A DNA stretch of 63,812 nucleotides, filler included. It is 6 parts of 6 records of this genome, joined end to end, with 100 filler letters (N's around TTAATTAATTAA, not from the genome) between each part and the next. Parts side by side here need not be neighbours in the genome. Positions count along the whole stretch, not along the records: positions 38,008 to 53,314 come from SRR31156797_13352; positions 53,415 to 63,812 come from SRR31156797_13360; 4 more parts are not named here. One strand, given 5' to 3'. Numbering within the stretch: the stretch's first letter is position 1; each line of letters starts with the position of its first letter. The notes under the pieces are model-generated. The model was not told the DNA's origin and made no database searches. It saw nothing but the letters and a program-made list of their open reading frames with translations. The translations under genes were made by a program, and so were the position numbers. Below are positions 42,258 through 53,506 of the stretch, in pieces.

Positions 42258-42785
42258 ATGGCTTTAATAAAATCAGTAAGGGGCTTTACTCCTATATATG
42301 GCGAATCATGCTACTTTGCAGACAATGCAACAATTGTTGGAGATGTGATAATGGGTGATGAATGCACCGTATGGTTTAATACAGTATTGCGTGGTGATGT
42401 CAATTCGATCAGAATTGGCAATAAAGTAAATATCCAGGATGGTAGTATTTTACATACGTTGTATGAAAAATCGCAAATACACATAGGAGATAATGTATCT
42501 GTAGGACATAATGTTACCATTCATGGAGCGACAATTAAAGACAATGTTTTGATAGGTATGGGAGCAACTGTGCTTGACCATGCCGTAGTTGAAAGCAATA
42601 CAATCATTGCTGCCAATGCGCTTGTATTAACTGGTACAAAGTGTGAACCCAATAGTATTTATGCCGGAGTCCCTGCCAAAAAGGTTAAAGATATTGATCC
42701 TGATCAAACCAAAGAAATGATTGAGAAAATAGCAAATAACTATACAATGTATGCCAGCTGGTATAAGGAGGAAGATGATGAATAA
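42258..42785 (+). CDS. Gamma-class carbonic anhydrase family protein
   Basis: LRGDVN, NIQDG..LH, GHNVTIHG hexapeptide repeats. Confidence 0.93.
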   Translation: MALIKSVRGFTPIYGESCYFADNATIVGDVIMGDECTVWFNTVLRGDVNSIRIGNKVNIQDGSILHTLYEKSQIHIGDNVSVGHNVTIHGATIKDNVLIGMGATVLDHAVVESNTIIAANALVLTGTKCEPNSIYAGVPAKKVKDIDPDQTKEMIEKIANNYTMYASWYKEEDDE

Positions 42786-42806
42786 TTTATGATGAACTCA
42801 CATTAA

Positions 42807-43595
42807 TTATATGTTGACTTCTAGTGCATTCCAATCTGAAGAAACATAACTGTCAGCAAAAGCTTTCAGTTTATTTAACTCACCTGTTGTATATAATTGA
42901 ACAGGGGTTGCAGATGTATTGTCTGACATTAAGTTAAACTCGTTTAATAGTTGATGGGTTCTTTTTGCAACAGGCAAAGCAGGATCAATTACTTTCAACA
43001 TTGGAGCTACTTTTTCTATAACTTTTGTAAGAAAAGGATAATGTGTACATCCTAATACGATATAATCACTATTTGCCTCGCACATAGGTTTTGTATACTT
43101 TTCAATTAATTCATATGCTTTGGGGGACTCCACTTCGTTATTCTCAACAATCTCGACTAAACCATGTCCAACCTGAATAACGGTTTTAATATTCTTGGCA
43201 TACTTGTTACTTGTTTCCTTGAAATGTGCCCCATTAAAGGTATTTTGCGTAGCTAATACACCTACTGTATTAGTTTTTGTTAACATTGCTGCTGGTTTAA
43301 TAGCTGGTTCCATTCCCACAAAAGGAATCTCATATTCAGACCTAAGCATTTTTATAGCAGCAGCCGTAGCAGTATTACAAGCTACAACAACCATTTTTAC
43401 ATTCATGGTTAGAAAAAAATCTACTATTGCCTTAGAACGAGACTGAATCTGATCGAATGGTTTTGTACCGTAGGGACACCATGCGCTATCTGCCACATAT
43501 ACAAATTGTTCATCTGGAAGTAAAGTCGTTAAATAATTTAATACACTTATTCCGCCTAGTCCTGAGTCAAATACACCAATTGGATTATTATTCAT
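42807..43595 (-). CDS. murI: Glutamate racemase
   Basis: FDSGLGG, PYG, ACNTAT, LGCTHYP. Confidence 0.96.
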   Translation of the reverse strand: MNNNPIGVFDSGLGGISVLNYLTTLLPDEQFVYVADSAWCPYGTKPFDQIQSRSKAIVDFFLTMNVKMVVVACNTATAAAIKMLRSEYEIPFVGMEPAIKPAAMLTKTNTVGVLATQNTFNGAHFKETSNKYAKNIKTVIQVGHGLVEIVENNEVESPKAYELIEKYTKPMCEANSDYIVLGCTHYPFLTKVIEKVAPMLKVIDPALPVAKRTHQLLNEFNLMSDNTSATPVQLYTTGELNKLKAFADSYVSSDWNALEVNI

Positions 43596-43627
43596 AAAAA
43601 AAGCTATCTTTTCACAAAGATAGCTTT
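43596..43627 (-). terminator. Intrinsic terminator between skp and murI
   Basis: AAAGCTATCTTT/AAAGATAGCTTT stem; T-run abuts the murI ATG. Confidence 0.75.
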
Positions 43628-43651
43628 CTAAATTTATCTTTAAAAGATATA

Positions 43652-44167
43652 CTATTGTATACCTAATTTCTTTTTCACCATAGGTGTGATATCAGTAGCT
43701 GAAGGAGCAGTATAAAGAACTGGACCACCTTCTACAGCATCAAGGATATAAGTAAATCCATTTTCTGATGCAACATCATCAATAGCTTTCTGAACTTTAA
43801 TGATAATTGGTTGCTGTAATTCCATCTCTTTTTTACGAAGGTCTTCCTGCGCAGAAACTCTGAAGTTTTCAATTCTAGTTTGTAACTCAGTAATTTCTTC
43901 TTCTTTTGCTTTCTTCAAAAGTGGAGTAAGCGAATCTGCTTTAGCTGTATAATCCTGATATTTCGTACGCAATTCATTTTGCATATCACCAAGAGCTGCT
44001 TCCAAATCTTTAGCATGCTTTTGTAATTCTTTTTGAGCTTTTTCAAAATCTGGCAATTGCTGTACCAAGACATTTGAATTTATATGTCCAATTTTCAAGT
44101 CTTTTTGAGCCATAGCTGCTGTACCAGCAATCAACACCATCATTAAAATCGATAATATTCGCTTCAT
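43652..44167 (-). CDS. OmpH/Skp periplasmic chaperone
   Basis: Signal peptide, KIGHIN, coiled coil, DIT..V.KKLG. Confidence 0.9.
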   Translation of the reverse strand: MKRILSILMMVLIAGTAAMAQKDLKIGHINSNVLVQQLPDFEKAQKELQKHAKDLEAALGDMQNELRTKYQDYTAKADSLTPLLKKAKEEEITELQTRIENFRVSAQEDLRKKEMELQQPIIIKVQKAIDDVASENGFTYILDAVEGGPVLYTAPSATDITPMVKKKLGIQ

Positions 44168-44221
44168 TTCAATATTTATTAAATTTTACATTCATTTTTT
44201 AAGCAGTACAAATATACAAAG

Positions 44222-44734
44222 TTAATTTTGATAACCTAACTTTTCCAATACCTCATCACTTTTATCGTACTTAGGATCATTGAATAAGATCCCCATTCCG
44301 GAGGCCACATCAAATATTACAGCATAGTTACCATTCTCTCCAATCTCTTTAACGGCGTTAAACACCTCATCCTGAATAGGTTTTATCAACTCCTGACGTT
44401 TTTGAAAAAGATCTCCTTCTGTCCCAAAGTACTTCTTTTGTAAATCCTTTACTTCTTTTTCTTTAGCTAATATTTCTTCTTCTCTTTTACGTCTAAGTTC
44501 ATCACTCAAAATCACTTTCTCTACCTCATATTCTTTGTATAATTTCTCAATATCTGTATAAAGAGCTTCAATTTCATCTTGCCACTCTTTAGTTATGATA
44601 TTCAATTGCTTTTGAGCTGATTCATACTCCGGAATGTTATCCAAAATATACCTTGTATCGACATATGCGAATCTTTGCGCGTTCATACTCAACGCGAATA
44701 ATACAAACGATAAAACGATTAATAACTTCTTCAT
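44222..44734 (-). CDS. OmpH/Skp periplasmic chaperone
   Basis: FAYVDT.YIL.NIPEY, KYFG.EG.LF.KR.EL.KPIQD. Confidence 0.92.
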   Translation of the reverse strand: MKKLLIVLSFVLFALSMNAQRFAYVDTRYILDNIPEYESAQKQLNIITKEWQDEIEALYTDIEKLYKEYEVEKVILSDELRRKREEEILAKEKEVKDLQKKYFGTEGDLFQKRQELIKPIQDEVFNAVKEIGENGNYAVIFDVASGMGILFNDPKYDKSDEVLEKLGYQN

Positions 44735-44755
44735 GTCAATATATTATTTAAAATT

Positions 44756-47311
44756 CTAAAATCTCTGACCAATTGTAAATGCAAACTGTCCTTTATTAGC
44801 TCCTGGTAAATTTGGAATTTCATCAAATCCATAACCCCAATCGATACCTAGCATTCCAAACATTGCCAAATATATTCTTAATCCAATACCCGCTGATCTT
44901 TTTAGATCAAAAGGTGAGAAATCATTAAACTCATACCATGCATTCCCTGCTTCAAAGAAAGCAAGCGTGTAAAAAGTTGCATTTGGATTTAATGAAAGAG
45001 GATAGCGAAGCTCAAATGTGATTTTTTGATATAAGTTACCACCTTTCTGTGGAGTTAATGAACCATACTGACCTGGCTGACCTTCATTGGCATATCCACG
45101 TAATCCAACAGTTTCTGTACCATATAAACTATATCCCGATAAACCATCACCTCCTAATTGAAAGCTCTCAAATGGTGAAGGTCCAATACTATTACTGTAA
45201 TAACCTAGATATCCAAATTCAAAATTTGTATTCAGTACTAACTTATCAACAATATTAGTATAGTTTGAAGATTTAAATTTCCATTTATGGTACTCAATCC
45301 ATTTATATTTTTCTGCATTCTCCCTAATAAGAATTTCATTATCAGCATTATCTTCATAATCTATCTCTATTTGTTCCTTTTCACTATCAGATAGTTTCCA
45401 AAAATCCTTATCCTTAAATAATGAGTATGGTGGTGTAACTTGAAGTGACAACGAAATCAAAGATCCTCTTCTAGGATAGATGGGCTGGTCAATTGAATTT
45501 CGCGAAAAAACAGTTGTAAAACTAAAGTTATTTGATCGACCATTATCAATAAAGAAATACGAAGAGTAATCTTTTAGATTATAATGTTCAAAACTCACAC
45601 TGTGATTTAATAAGAAATATGTATCCGGCCATTCTAATCTTCTACCAAGTCCAACAGAAGCTCCTGTCACTTTCATAAATCTATCGACATCCAGTAATCT
45701 TCTGTCTACTGAACGTACAGTATGATAGAATGATACAGTAAGCGAATTTGGTTTACGACCTCCTAACCAAGGTTCAGTAAATGATGCACTAATTGCTTTA
45801 TAATAGGTTCCGTTTGTTTGTCCTCTAATATTTAATTGTTGTCCATCTCCTGTAGGGATTGGTCTCCATGCACCTTTTTTAAAGAAATCACTAAGCGCGA
45901 GGTTAGTGAGCCTTAGTCCTAATGTACCAATAAACATACCTGCTCCATAACCTCCGGATAGTTCAATTTGATCAGAAGGTCTTTCTTCAACTATATACTC
46001 AAGGTCAACAGTACCATCAACCGGATTTGGTCTAGGGTTCACATTCAATTTTTCAGGATTAAAATATCCAAGTGTTGCAAGCTCACGAATTGAACGTTGC
46101 ACAGCTGTTTGACTAAATAATTCACCTGGTTTAGTCCTTAATTCCCTTCTAATTACATGGTCATGGGTTTTTGTATTTCCAATTACAGTAACTCTGTTAA
46201 TTCTGGCTTGCTTTCCTTCATAGATTCTCATTTCAAGATCAATGGAATCATTTTCAACCATTATTTCTACAGGTGTTACATTAAAGAACAAATATCCATT
46301 ATCCAGGTATAAAGTTGAAACAGCATCTTGTGCTCCTCTTAACCTTTTGTTTAATATCGACTCATCATAAACATCTCCCTTTTTAATACCAAGTACCAAA
46401 CTTAACTGACTATTTGTATACTTTGTATTCCCTAACCAACTGATATTTCTAAAGTAATATTTGTTTCCCTCTTCCAGATATATATCAACAAGAACAAGGC
46501 TATCTTCATTTCTATAAACCGAATCTTTTACAATTTTAGCATCGCGATAACCTTTTTCATTATAGAATGTAATAACCTTCTTTAAATCTTTTTCATAAAC
46601 AGGTTTTACAAATTTTGATCGTTTAAAAATATTATACCAGGTCTTTTGCTTGGTATCTTTCATTTTACGTCTCAATTTCTTATCCTCAAAAACAGAATTG
46701 CCATAAAAAGAAATTGTTTCAATTTTACGACGATTATTTTTATCAATATGAAAACCTACTACAATATGATTATTTAAGGCTGTATCTGGCTTTTGAATTA
46801 CCTGAACCTTCACATCCAGAAAGCCCTTATCTATATAAAAACTTTTAATGGTATTTACAGCTCTTTGAATCTTATTCTTTGTGACCTGAGTACCTCTGAT
46901 AAGTTTAAGCTTTTCCTTAATATCATTTGCCTGAGACTTCTTGATTCCTTTGAAATAAAAGGCAGAAAGTCTAGGTCGCTCTTGTAAATAAATATCTAGA
47001 AATATTTTATCAGCAATAATCTTTGTTGCTCTAATTTTAACATCAGAGAATAATCCCTGATCCCATAAATTATTAATTGCTTTTGAAATTCTTTCTCCGG
47101 GAACCTCAATTGTTTGACCAACCTGCAAACCTGAAAGCGCAATTAATACACTATGATCTAAAAACTTAACACCTGAAATGGTTATACCTCCTATTTCAAA
47201 TTCTCGAGGATTACTATAATCTAAATTGTCAAGATTATTATTTAATGAAATTTGTGAAAATACTGATAATGAAAGTATAAAAAACAATAATGATAAACTT
47301 AATCTACGCAT
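44756..47311 (-). CDS. bamA: Outer membrane protein assembly factor BamA
   Basis: POTRA repeats (GNTKT.DHVIRRE), LRGY loop motif, C-terminal F; uppS-bamA-skp synteny. Confidence 0.96.
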   Translation of the reverse strand: MRRLSLSLLFFILSLSVFSQISLNNNLDNLDYSNPREFEIGGITISGVKFLDHSVLIALSGLQVGQTIEVPGERISKAINNLWDQGLFSDVKIRATKIIADKIFLDIYLQERPRLSAFYFKGIKKSQANDIKEKLKLIRGTQVTKNKIQRAVNTIKSFYIDKGFLDVKVQVIQKPDTALNNHIVVGFHIDKNNRRKIETISFYGNSVFEDKKLRRKMKDTKQKTWYNIFKRSKFVKPVYEKDLKKVITFYNEKGYRDAKIVKDSVYRNEDSLVLVDIYLEEGNKYYFRNISWLGNTKYTNSQLSLVLGIKKGDVYDESILNKRLRGAQDAVSTLYLDNGYLFFNVTPVEIMVENDSIDLEMRIYEGKQARINRVTVIGNTKTHDHVIRRELRTKPGELFSQTAVQRSIRELATLGYFNPEKLNVNPRPNPVDGTVDLEYIVEERPSDQIELSGGYGAGMFIGTLGLRLTNLALSDFFKKGAWRPIPTGDGQQLNIRGQTNGTYYKAISASFTEPWLGGRKPNSLTVSFYHTVRSVDRRLLDVDRFMKVTGASVGLGRRLEWPDTYFLLNHSVSFEHYNLKDYSSYFFIDNGRSNNFSFTTVFSRNSIDQPIYPRRGSLISLSLQVTPPYSLFKDKDFWKLSDSEKEQIEIDYEDNADNEILIRENAEKYKWIEYHKWKFKSSNYTNIVDKLVLNTNFEFGYLGYYSNSIGPSPFESFQLGGDGLSGYSLYGTETVGLRGYANEGQPGQYGSLTPQKGGNLYQKITFELRYPLSLNPNATFYTLAFFEAGNAWYEFNDFSPFDLKRSAGIGLRIYLAMFGMLGIDWGYGFDEIPNLPGANKGQFAFTIGQRF

Positions 47312-47317
47312 TCCCTT

Positions 47318-48070
47318 CTATATATTTTTTGTAAGTTGTTCACTAATTTTACCGAATCTTCTCTCTCTACCCTGATAAGCTAAAATGGCTTCATAAAAAT
47401 CATTTTTTCTAAAATCAGGCCAAAATTTAGGTGTGAAGTATAGCTCTGAATAGGCTAATTGATATAATAAAAAATTACTCAGCCTTTGCTCTCCACTTGT
47501 TCTAATTAACAATTCAGGATCTGGCATACCAGCAGTTTCCAAAAAGTTAGTAATAGTTGTTTCATTTATATCTGCTACATCTAATTCACCATCTTTCACC
47601 TTTTGTGCTATATCCTTAACTGCTTTACCAACCTCCCACCTTGAACTGTAGCTCAAAGCTAATGTTAAAGTAGTCCTTGTATTATTCTTAGTTTGTTCTT
47701 TTGCTTCATCTAGTTTTTTTTGAACATCTTTAGGTAAAGAGCTCAAATCGCCAATTGTAGCTAACTTAATGTTGTTTTTTTGAAGCGTGGGAACTTCTTT
47801 ATTAATAGTCTGAATTAATAAAGACATTAATGCATCAACTTCAGTCCTTGGTCTATTCCAGTTTTCAGTTGAAAATGCATACAGTGTTAAATACTCTACA
47901 CCTATTTCTGCAGCTGCTTCAGTTGTATCTCTAACTGCAGTCACACCATTTTTATGTCCAAAAATTCGAATATTACCCTTCTTCTTTGCCCATCGACCAT
48001 TTCCATCCATAATAATGGCTATATGTCTTGGCAATTGATTATCAACCACTTGTTCCTTTAAGGTCTTCAT
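47318..48070 (-). CDS. uppS: Undecaprenyl diphosphate synthase
   Basis: IIMDGNGRWA, FSTENW, IRTSGEQRLSNF, RERRFG. Confidence 0.97.
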   Translation of the reverse strand: MKTLKEQVVDNQLPRHIAIIMDGNGRWAKKKGNIRIFGHKNGVTAVRDTTEAAAEIGVEYLTLYAFSTENWNRPRTEVDALMSLLIQTINKEVPTLQKNNIKLATIGDLSSLPKDVQKKLDEAKEQTKNNTRTTLTLALSYSSRWEVGKAVKDIAQKVKDGELDVADINETTITNFLETAGMPDPELLIRTSGEQRLSNFLLYQLAYSELYFTPKFWPDFRKNDFYEAILAYQGRERRFGKISEQLTKNI

Positions 48071-48082
48071 CTTCCTCGCGCT

Positions 48083-48778
48083 TCAGTTATTTTGTGAATT
48101 GGCGGGGCAAGTTACACAATCTTTCAGTTTATACGACAGGAATATGCCAAAAAATGTAAACCAATCGTTGTTTTGTGGATTAGCCCTCTGCTTAAACGAA
48201 TAATTATCAGATGAAGTATATAACCAATCCTCAATTTTATCTATATCGTCCCGAAAAGTTTTATGCAACGTATATTCAAATCCTATGGCAAACTTTTCGT
48301 TAAGCCCAACCTTTAAACCAACACCAAATGGAATAGTGAAATTTTCAATAGCGCTTTTTGCAAAAGTATAATCCAACATCATCACACCAACTCCCGCGAC
48401 AATATATGGACTAACATAATTAAATCTCGGTGATTGCTCAAACTTTAAAAAATTAAACTCAACAAATCCTGAAGCCTCCAAAATATCTCTCTGAAAGGTT
48501 TGATTTCTTAAATTTTGATATCCAAAATCTGAACGTGAATCATCTCCTGCAATCATTGAAAAGCCAAGGTTCCCTCTAAATGCTAGACGATTATGAATAT
48601 TTCTGCGGTAAAATACATTTACTGCCGGACGTATCATGTGAAATGGTGTTTCAACATTTACATCTCCTAAATAAGTAGCCCCTCCTACTATTAAACCAAT
48701 ATCGGCTTTCTTTTGAGAGAAGCCGATATTACTGCAAATAAATATAATCGAAATTATAAAAAACGTTTTCTTCATCAA
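48083..48778 (-). CDS. DUF6089/PorG-like outer-membrane beta-barrel
   Basis: GG..YLGD, IPFGVGLK, TF.DDID, NNDW, C-terminal C.TC; directly upstream of uppS. Confidence 0.8.
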   Translation of the reverse strand: MMKKTFFIISIIFICSNIGFSQKKADIGLIVGGATYLGDVNVETPFHMIRPAVNVFYRRNIHNRLAFRGNLGFSMIAGDDSRSDFGYQNLRNQTFQRDILEASGFVEFNFLKFEQSPRFNYVSPYIVAGVGVMMLDYTFAKSAIENFTIPFGVGLKVGLNEKFAIGFEYTLHKTFRDDIDKIEDWLYTSSDNYSFKQRANPQNNDWFTFFGIFLSYKLKDCVTCPANSQNN

Positions 48779-48856
48779 AATATATGTTTGACCCCAAATC
48801 TTTCTCTATTAAATACAAGAGACAAACGAAAGAAAAAATAAAATATTATCAAAATA

Positions 48857-49843
48857 TTAGCGATATAATTTAAGTCTTGGAAGACCTTTCCTACCAGTTT
48901 TAAGTTTAAAGTTTAAAGTAACAGTAAAGAACTGATACTGGTCAATCCATTCACCAGATCCTCTTGATTTATCAGAATCTTCTCCTGGCAAACTACCATT
49001 AGCAAAACCATCATCAAAAAATTTTCTTAAATTATCATTATCCGTGGTATATCCATGTGACCTGAGTGTCAATGCCGCCCTTAAATAATCTCCATCTTCA
49101 ACCATTTGCATAACATTTGGATATGTTCCATGTCCTTTATCATCCAAATAATCGGTAAATGCAAATCGCCAACCTGCTTCGATATTTATAGATATATACT
49201 TAGCAATTTTAAATTTGACTCCAAGACCTGCAGGAACTGCAAATGCAACAGGGAAATAGGTTTCTTTTCCGTTAGGTAATACTTCAGTTTTAAGTGGCCT
49301 TAAAGCCTCCCACTTACCATCAAATAATGACTTGGGATTATAATAAACACCAGCAACTCCAATAAATCCGTAGAATGGGATTCTCAAATTCTTAAATCGC
49401 TGACTGGCCCCCAGGAACCTATATATATTTCTTTTACGTTGCTCTTTTATAAAATAATATTCATATTGTGCGGAAAGCTCAGTTATAGCAGTTCGTACTT
49501 CAAAATTTCGATCAAGATAGGCACCATAAGCATCATTTGCATATAAATAACCTTGTGAAAGCACAACCTTAACCATATGACGCTCATTGAAAGCCATTCT
49601 ACCGCCTACAACAGCAACTGGTCTCCATGTATTAGGGTTAGTCCAAAAGTATTTTGAAAGCCCCGTGTTTTCTTTTGATCCAACATCAGCCATGAAGTTA
49701 GTCAGCCCACCACCTGTTACAAATTCATAACGCAGTTTCTTCCACTTATAAATCTGACCTTCAACTTTAATGCTAGTTGACAAAAACAAAATAACAGCCA
49801 ACAAAAAAGGTAAAATAAATTTTATATATGTACGGTTTTGCAT
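48857..49843 (-). CDS. DUF6089-like outer-membrane beta-barrel (paralogue 2)
   Basis: TNFMADVG, LRPLKTE, PAGLGVK, FTDYLDD. Confidence 0.75.
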   Translation of the reverse strand: MQNRTYIKFILPFLLAVILFLSTSIKVEGQIYKWKKLRYEFVTGGGLTNFMADVGSKENTGLSKYFWTNPNTWRPVAVVGGRMAFNERHMVKVVLSQGYLYANDAYGAYLDRNFEVRTAITELSAQYEYYFIKEQRKRNIYRFLGASQRFKNLRIPFYGFIGVAGVYYNPKSLFDGKWEALRPLKTEVLPNGKETYFPVAFAVPAGLGVKFKIAKYISINIEAGWRFAFTDYLDDKGHGTYPNVMQMVEDGDYLRAALTLRSHGYTTDNDNLRKFFDDGFANGSLPGEDSDKSRGSGEWIDQYQFFTVTLNFKLKTGRKGLPRLKLYR

Positions 49844-49873
49844 TGTGTTTCCAATTTTCTAAACAAATATAGA

Positions 49874-50764
49874 CTAAAATTTCGGCATTCCGTTACGTCC
49901 AGTTCTTAATTTATATGTCACGTTTACTACCATAAACATATAAAAATCATTGTATTTGGGGTTTCCACGTATATCATTTGGACTCATTTCGATATCGCTT
50001 GGATTAGCCAAATATTGTTCAACTGATCCCTGTTCAAACAAATCTGGATCAACATATGTTGTGCTCACATCATCAATATAATCTGTGAATGTTAAACGAG
50101 CTCCATACTCTAAACCAACACTAATTTTCTGAGTTATTGGATATTTAACTCCAAATCCTGCAGGGATAGAGATTTGTAAACGACTATATTTTTCACGTGT
50201 ATCAATTTTACCCTGTCCTTCAGTTCCAATAGGTTGTAAATTATACCACTTACCATCTTCAGCTTTTGCTTGTGGATTAAACCAAAAAATGTTAAATCCT
50301 GTGAAAATGTATGTATTTAGATTCAGACTTGCTAAAGAGAATTTACCTTTTCTTCGGGATCTTCTGTACCTGCTTATTCTTTCCTTAATCACAGAATATT
50401 CTGCTTGAAATCCTAATTCTATAATTGGTGCCCTAAAATGTAAATTTCTATTTTTTCTATCTTCATTCTCAGATTTCTTATCATCACCACTCAAGTACCC
50501 AAAGGATAATGCTCCTTTGACTGCTAATGGCTCTAATACTTTATATCTCATTCCAACAGAAATGAGTGGTCGTGATGCTGAAAATTCAAAATCTTTCAAA
50601 AAGCTTGCTCCTGACTCCTCAGATCCACCCAGTTCTCCTAAAAAGTTAGTTGCTCCCAATCCACCGTAAAGCTCATATCTGGTTCTTTTCCAGCGCATAC
50701 TTTGGGCCGAAACAAGGGTTGGTAATATACAGGCTAATAAGCCAATAATAATAATTCTCTTCAT
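49874..50764 (-). CDS. DUF6089-like outer-membrane beta-barrel (paralogue 3)
   Basis: TNFLGELGG, LQPIGTEGQG, PAGFGVK, FTDYIDDVS, RGNP..ND. Confidence 0.8.
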   Translation of the reverse strand: MKRIIIIGLLACILPTLVSAQSMRWKRTRYELYGGLGATNFLGELGGSEESGASFLKDFEFSASRPLISVGMRYKVLEPLAVKGALSFGYLSGDDKKSENEDRKNRNLHFRAPIIELGFQAEYSVIKERISRYRRSRRKGKFSLASLNLNTYIFTGFNIFWFNPQAKAEDGKWYNLQPIGTEGQGKIDTREKYSRLQISIPAGFGVKYPITQKISVGLEYGARLTFTDYIDDVSTTYVDPDLFEQGSVEQYLANPSDIEMSPNDIRGNPKYNDFYMFMVVNVTYKLRTGRNGMPKF

Positions 50765-50885
50765 TCTTTTCGGATTTTAGCAAAAATTCCAGTTGGTAAA
50801 AATAGGCATATTTAATTTTCTTTCAAAAGCTTAATACAATTTTAGGGAGAATTTATGTAATCTTCACTTCATTTTGACCAATTAC

Positions 50886-51764
50886 CTAATTCCTTTTATC
50901 AATACCCCACATTAATTTGTTTCTAATGGTATTAAAATAAGAATGTCCTTGAATTTTTGCTACTCTTATTGAAAAATCTGCCTTTTTCAAAATAAATTCA
51001 ACATTCTTGTTAAAGAAAAATGACCTGGCATCTAAAGAAGCAATATGCATATCTGTTCTACTATCTACAGTTAACTTCACTTCATGATCGGCATTAACCA
51101 CCAAAGGCCTTACGGTCAAATTATGAGATGCGATAGGGCTTATAATAAAATTGTTAGATTCCGGAACAACTATAGGGCCGCCTACAGACATTGAATAGGC
51201 TGTTGATCCGGTTGGAGTCGAAATAATTAATCCATCTGCCCAATAAGAGTTTAAAAACTCTCCATTAACCCATGTATGAATTTTAATTAATGTGGCCTTG
51301 TCACTTTTTCTAATTGTAAAATCATTTAGTGCAAAGTTAAAGTCACAATCAAGTTTCATTGAAGGTCTCATCTCTATTAAAGATCGATTTTCCACAATAA
51401 ACTTTCTTTGGCAAACCTCTTCTAATGCCTGAAAAATATCATTTGGAGCGATATCTGCCAGGAAACCAAGTCTTCCGCTATTTATTCCTAGAATTGGAAT
51501 ATCCAACTCCTGAATATAAGTAACTGTTTCAAGAAAGGTTCCATCTCCACCGATGCTTATCATTAAGTCTAAATCACTTAATATATCTTCTTTCCTTTCA
51601 AATTTCTTGATATTGGTAAAACCAGCAATTTCATTGCGAAATTGCTTTACAATTCCTTCATATATTTGAAGTTCAACATTTTTATCAGCTAAAAACTTAA
51701 TAATATCTAAAAAATTAGCATAAAAACCTTGATTTACTTTTCTACTATATAATCCAATTTTCAT
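50886..51764 (-). CDS. nadK: NAD kinase
   Basis: GGDGT, GRLGFL, ALND, DGLIISTPTGSTAYS. Confidence 0.96.
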   Translation of the reverse strand: MKIGLYSRKVNQGFYANFLDIIKFLADKNVELQIYEGIVKQFRNEIAGFTNIKKFERKEDILSDLDLMISIGGDGTFLETVTYIQELDIPILGINSGRLGFLADIAPNDIFQALEEVCQRKFIVENRSLIEMRPSMKLDCDFNFALNDFTIRKSDKATLIKIHTWVNGEFLNSYWADGLIISTPTGSTAYSMSVGGPIVVPESNNFIISPIASHNLTVRPLVVNADHEVKLTVDSRTDMHIASLDARSFFFNKNVEFILKKADFSIRVAKIQGHSYFNTIRNKLMWGIDKRN

Positions 51765-51872
51765 CTTTTGAAAAATTACAGATAACGAAGATAATAATTA
51801 TTAATGCTGAGCAATGATTATTTTCACCTAAATCATATACTTCTTTGGCTAAAAAAATTACAAAAAATTGCG

Positions 51873-51880
51873 TAAGTTTG
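51873..51880 (+). promoter_or_regulatory. Bacteroidota -7 promoter element for guaA
   Basis: TAAGTTTG 12 nt upstream of ATG 51893. Confidence 0.6.
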
Positions 51881-51892
51881 CGCAAAAAACGA

Positions 51893-53314
51893 ATGGTACT
51901 GGAAGAAAAGATTTTAATACTTGATTTTGGATCGCAATACACTCAATTAATTGCCCGAAAGATCAGAGAACTAAATGTTTATTGTGAAATCTATCCCTAT
52001 AACAATTTCCCTGAAATTGATGATAGTTATAAAGGTGTCGTATTATCAGGAAGTCCTTTTTCTGTAAGAGATGAAAATGCACCTATACCCGATTTATCGA
52101 AATTTAAAGGAAGATTACCATTACTAGGTGTATGCTATGGAGCTCAATATCTGGCTCATGAAGCTGGTGGCGAAGTACAACCTTCAAAGCATCGTGAATA
52201 TGGTAGGGCTAATTTAACATCCATTGATAAGAGCAATGAATTATTTAAAGACATTTCGGTAAACACCCAAGTATGGATGTCTCATGGTGATACAATCATC
52301 AATATGCCTCAAAACTTTTCAGTAATTGCCAGTACTCATGATGTAAAAAATGGGGCATTTAGAATCAACAATGAAAAAACTTATGGAATACAATTCCATC
52401 CGGAGGTGTACCATACTACTGAAGGTCAAAAATTATTAAAAAACTTCGTTAAAGATATTTGTGGTTTAAAAGGTTCATGGACTGCCGACTCATTTGCAGA
52501 AGCCACAATACAAGAATTAAAAGAAACAATTGGAAATGAAAAAGTAGTACTCGGATTATCTGGCGGTGTAGATAGCAGCGTAGCAGCAGTTTTATTAGAT
52601 AAAGCCATTGGCGACAAACTGACTTGTATTTTTGTTAATAATGGCCTATTAAGAAAAGGGGAATTTGATGATGTTTTAACCTCCTACAAGCATATGGGAT
52701 TGAACGTAAAAGGAGTTGATGCATCTGATAAGTTTTTAGATGAACTTGAAGGAGTAAGTGAACCAGAAGAAAAAAGAAAAATTATAGGTCGTGTATTTAT
52801 TGAAGTTTTTGATGAAGAGGCCACAGCGTTGAAAGACGTAAAATGGTTGGCACAAGGAACAATTTATCCTGATGTTATTGAGTCTATATCTGTAAAAGGC
52901 CCTTCGGCAACTATTAAATCGCACCATAATGTTGGGGGCTTACCTGATAAAATGAACCTTAAAATCATTGAACCTCTCAAGCTTTTGTTTAAAGATGAAG
53001 TACGAAGAGTTGGCAAATCATTACGAATCTCACCTTCTCTACTTGGAAGACATCCTTTCCCAGGGCCTGGACTTGCAATTAGAATTTTAGGAGAAATTAC
53101 ACGAGAAAAAGTGCGTATACTTCAAGATGTTGACAGTATTTACATAAACCACATGAAAGAAGAAGGTTTATATGATCAAGTATGGCAAGCTGGTGCAATT
53201 TTACTTCCTATACAATCAGTAGGTGTAATGGGTGACGAAAGAACATACGAACAGGTTGTTGCGCTCAGAGCTGTTTCATCAACAGATGGAATGACTGCCG
53301 ATTGGGTACATTTA
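51893..53314 (+). CDS. guaA: GMP synthase (glutamine-hydrolysing), 3'-truncated
   Basis: [39 protein letters not shown]. Confidence 0.98.
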
Positions 53315-53414
53315 NNNNNNNNNNNNNNNNNNNNNNNNNNNNNNNNNNNNNNNNNNNNTTAATTAATTAANNNNNNNNNNNNNNNNNNNNNNNNNNNNNN
53401 NNNNNNNNNNNNNN
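53315..53414. other. Artificial contig linker
   Basis: N44-TTAATTAATTAA-N44. Confidence 0.98.
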
Positions 53415-53506
53415 AAGAGATAGGGATATATGAGTATGTATTAAAGCCTTTAGATATAAAAGGATTATTAACTAAAGTAAGTGAGTATTTTGAGCAAAAG
53501 GATTAA
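53415..53506 (+). CDS. 3' end of a receiver-domain protein
   Basis: EIGIYEYVLKPLDIKGLLTKV...* (REC beta5 Y..KP motif). Confidence 0.7.
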
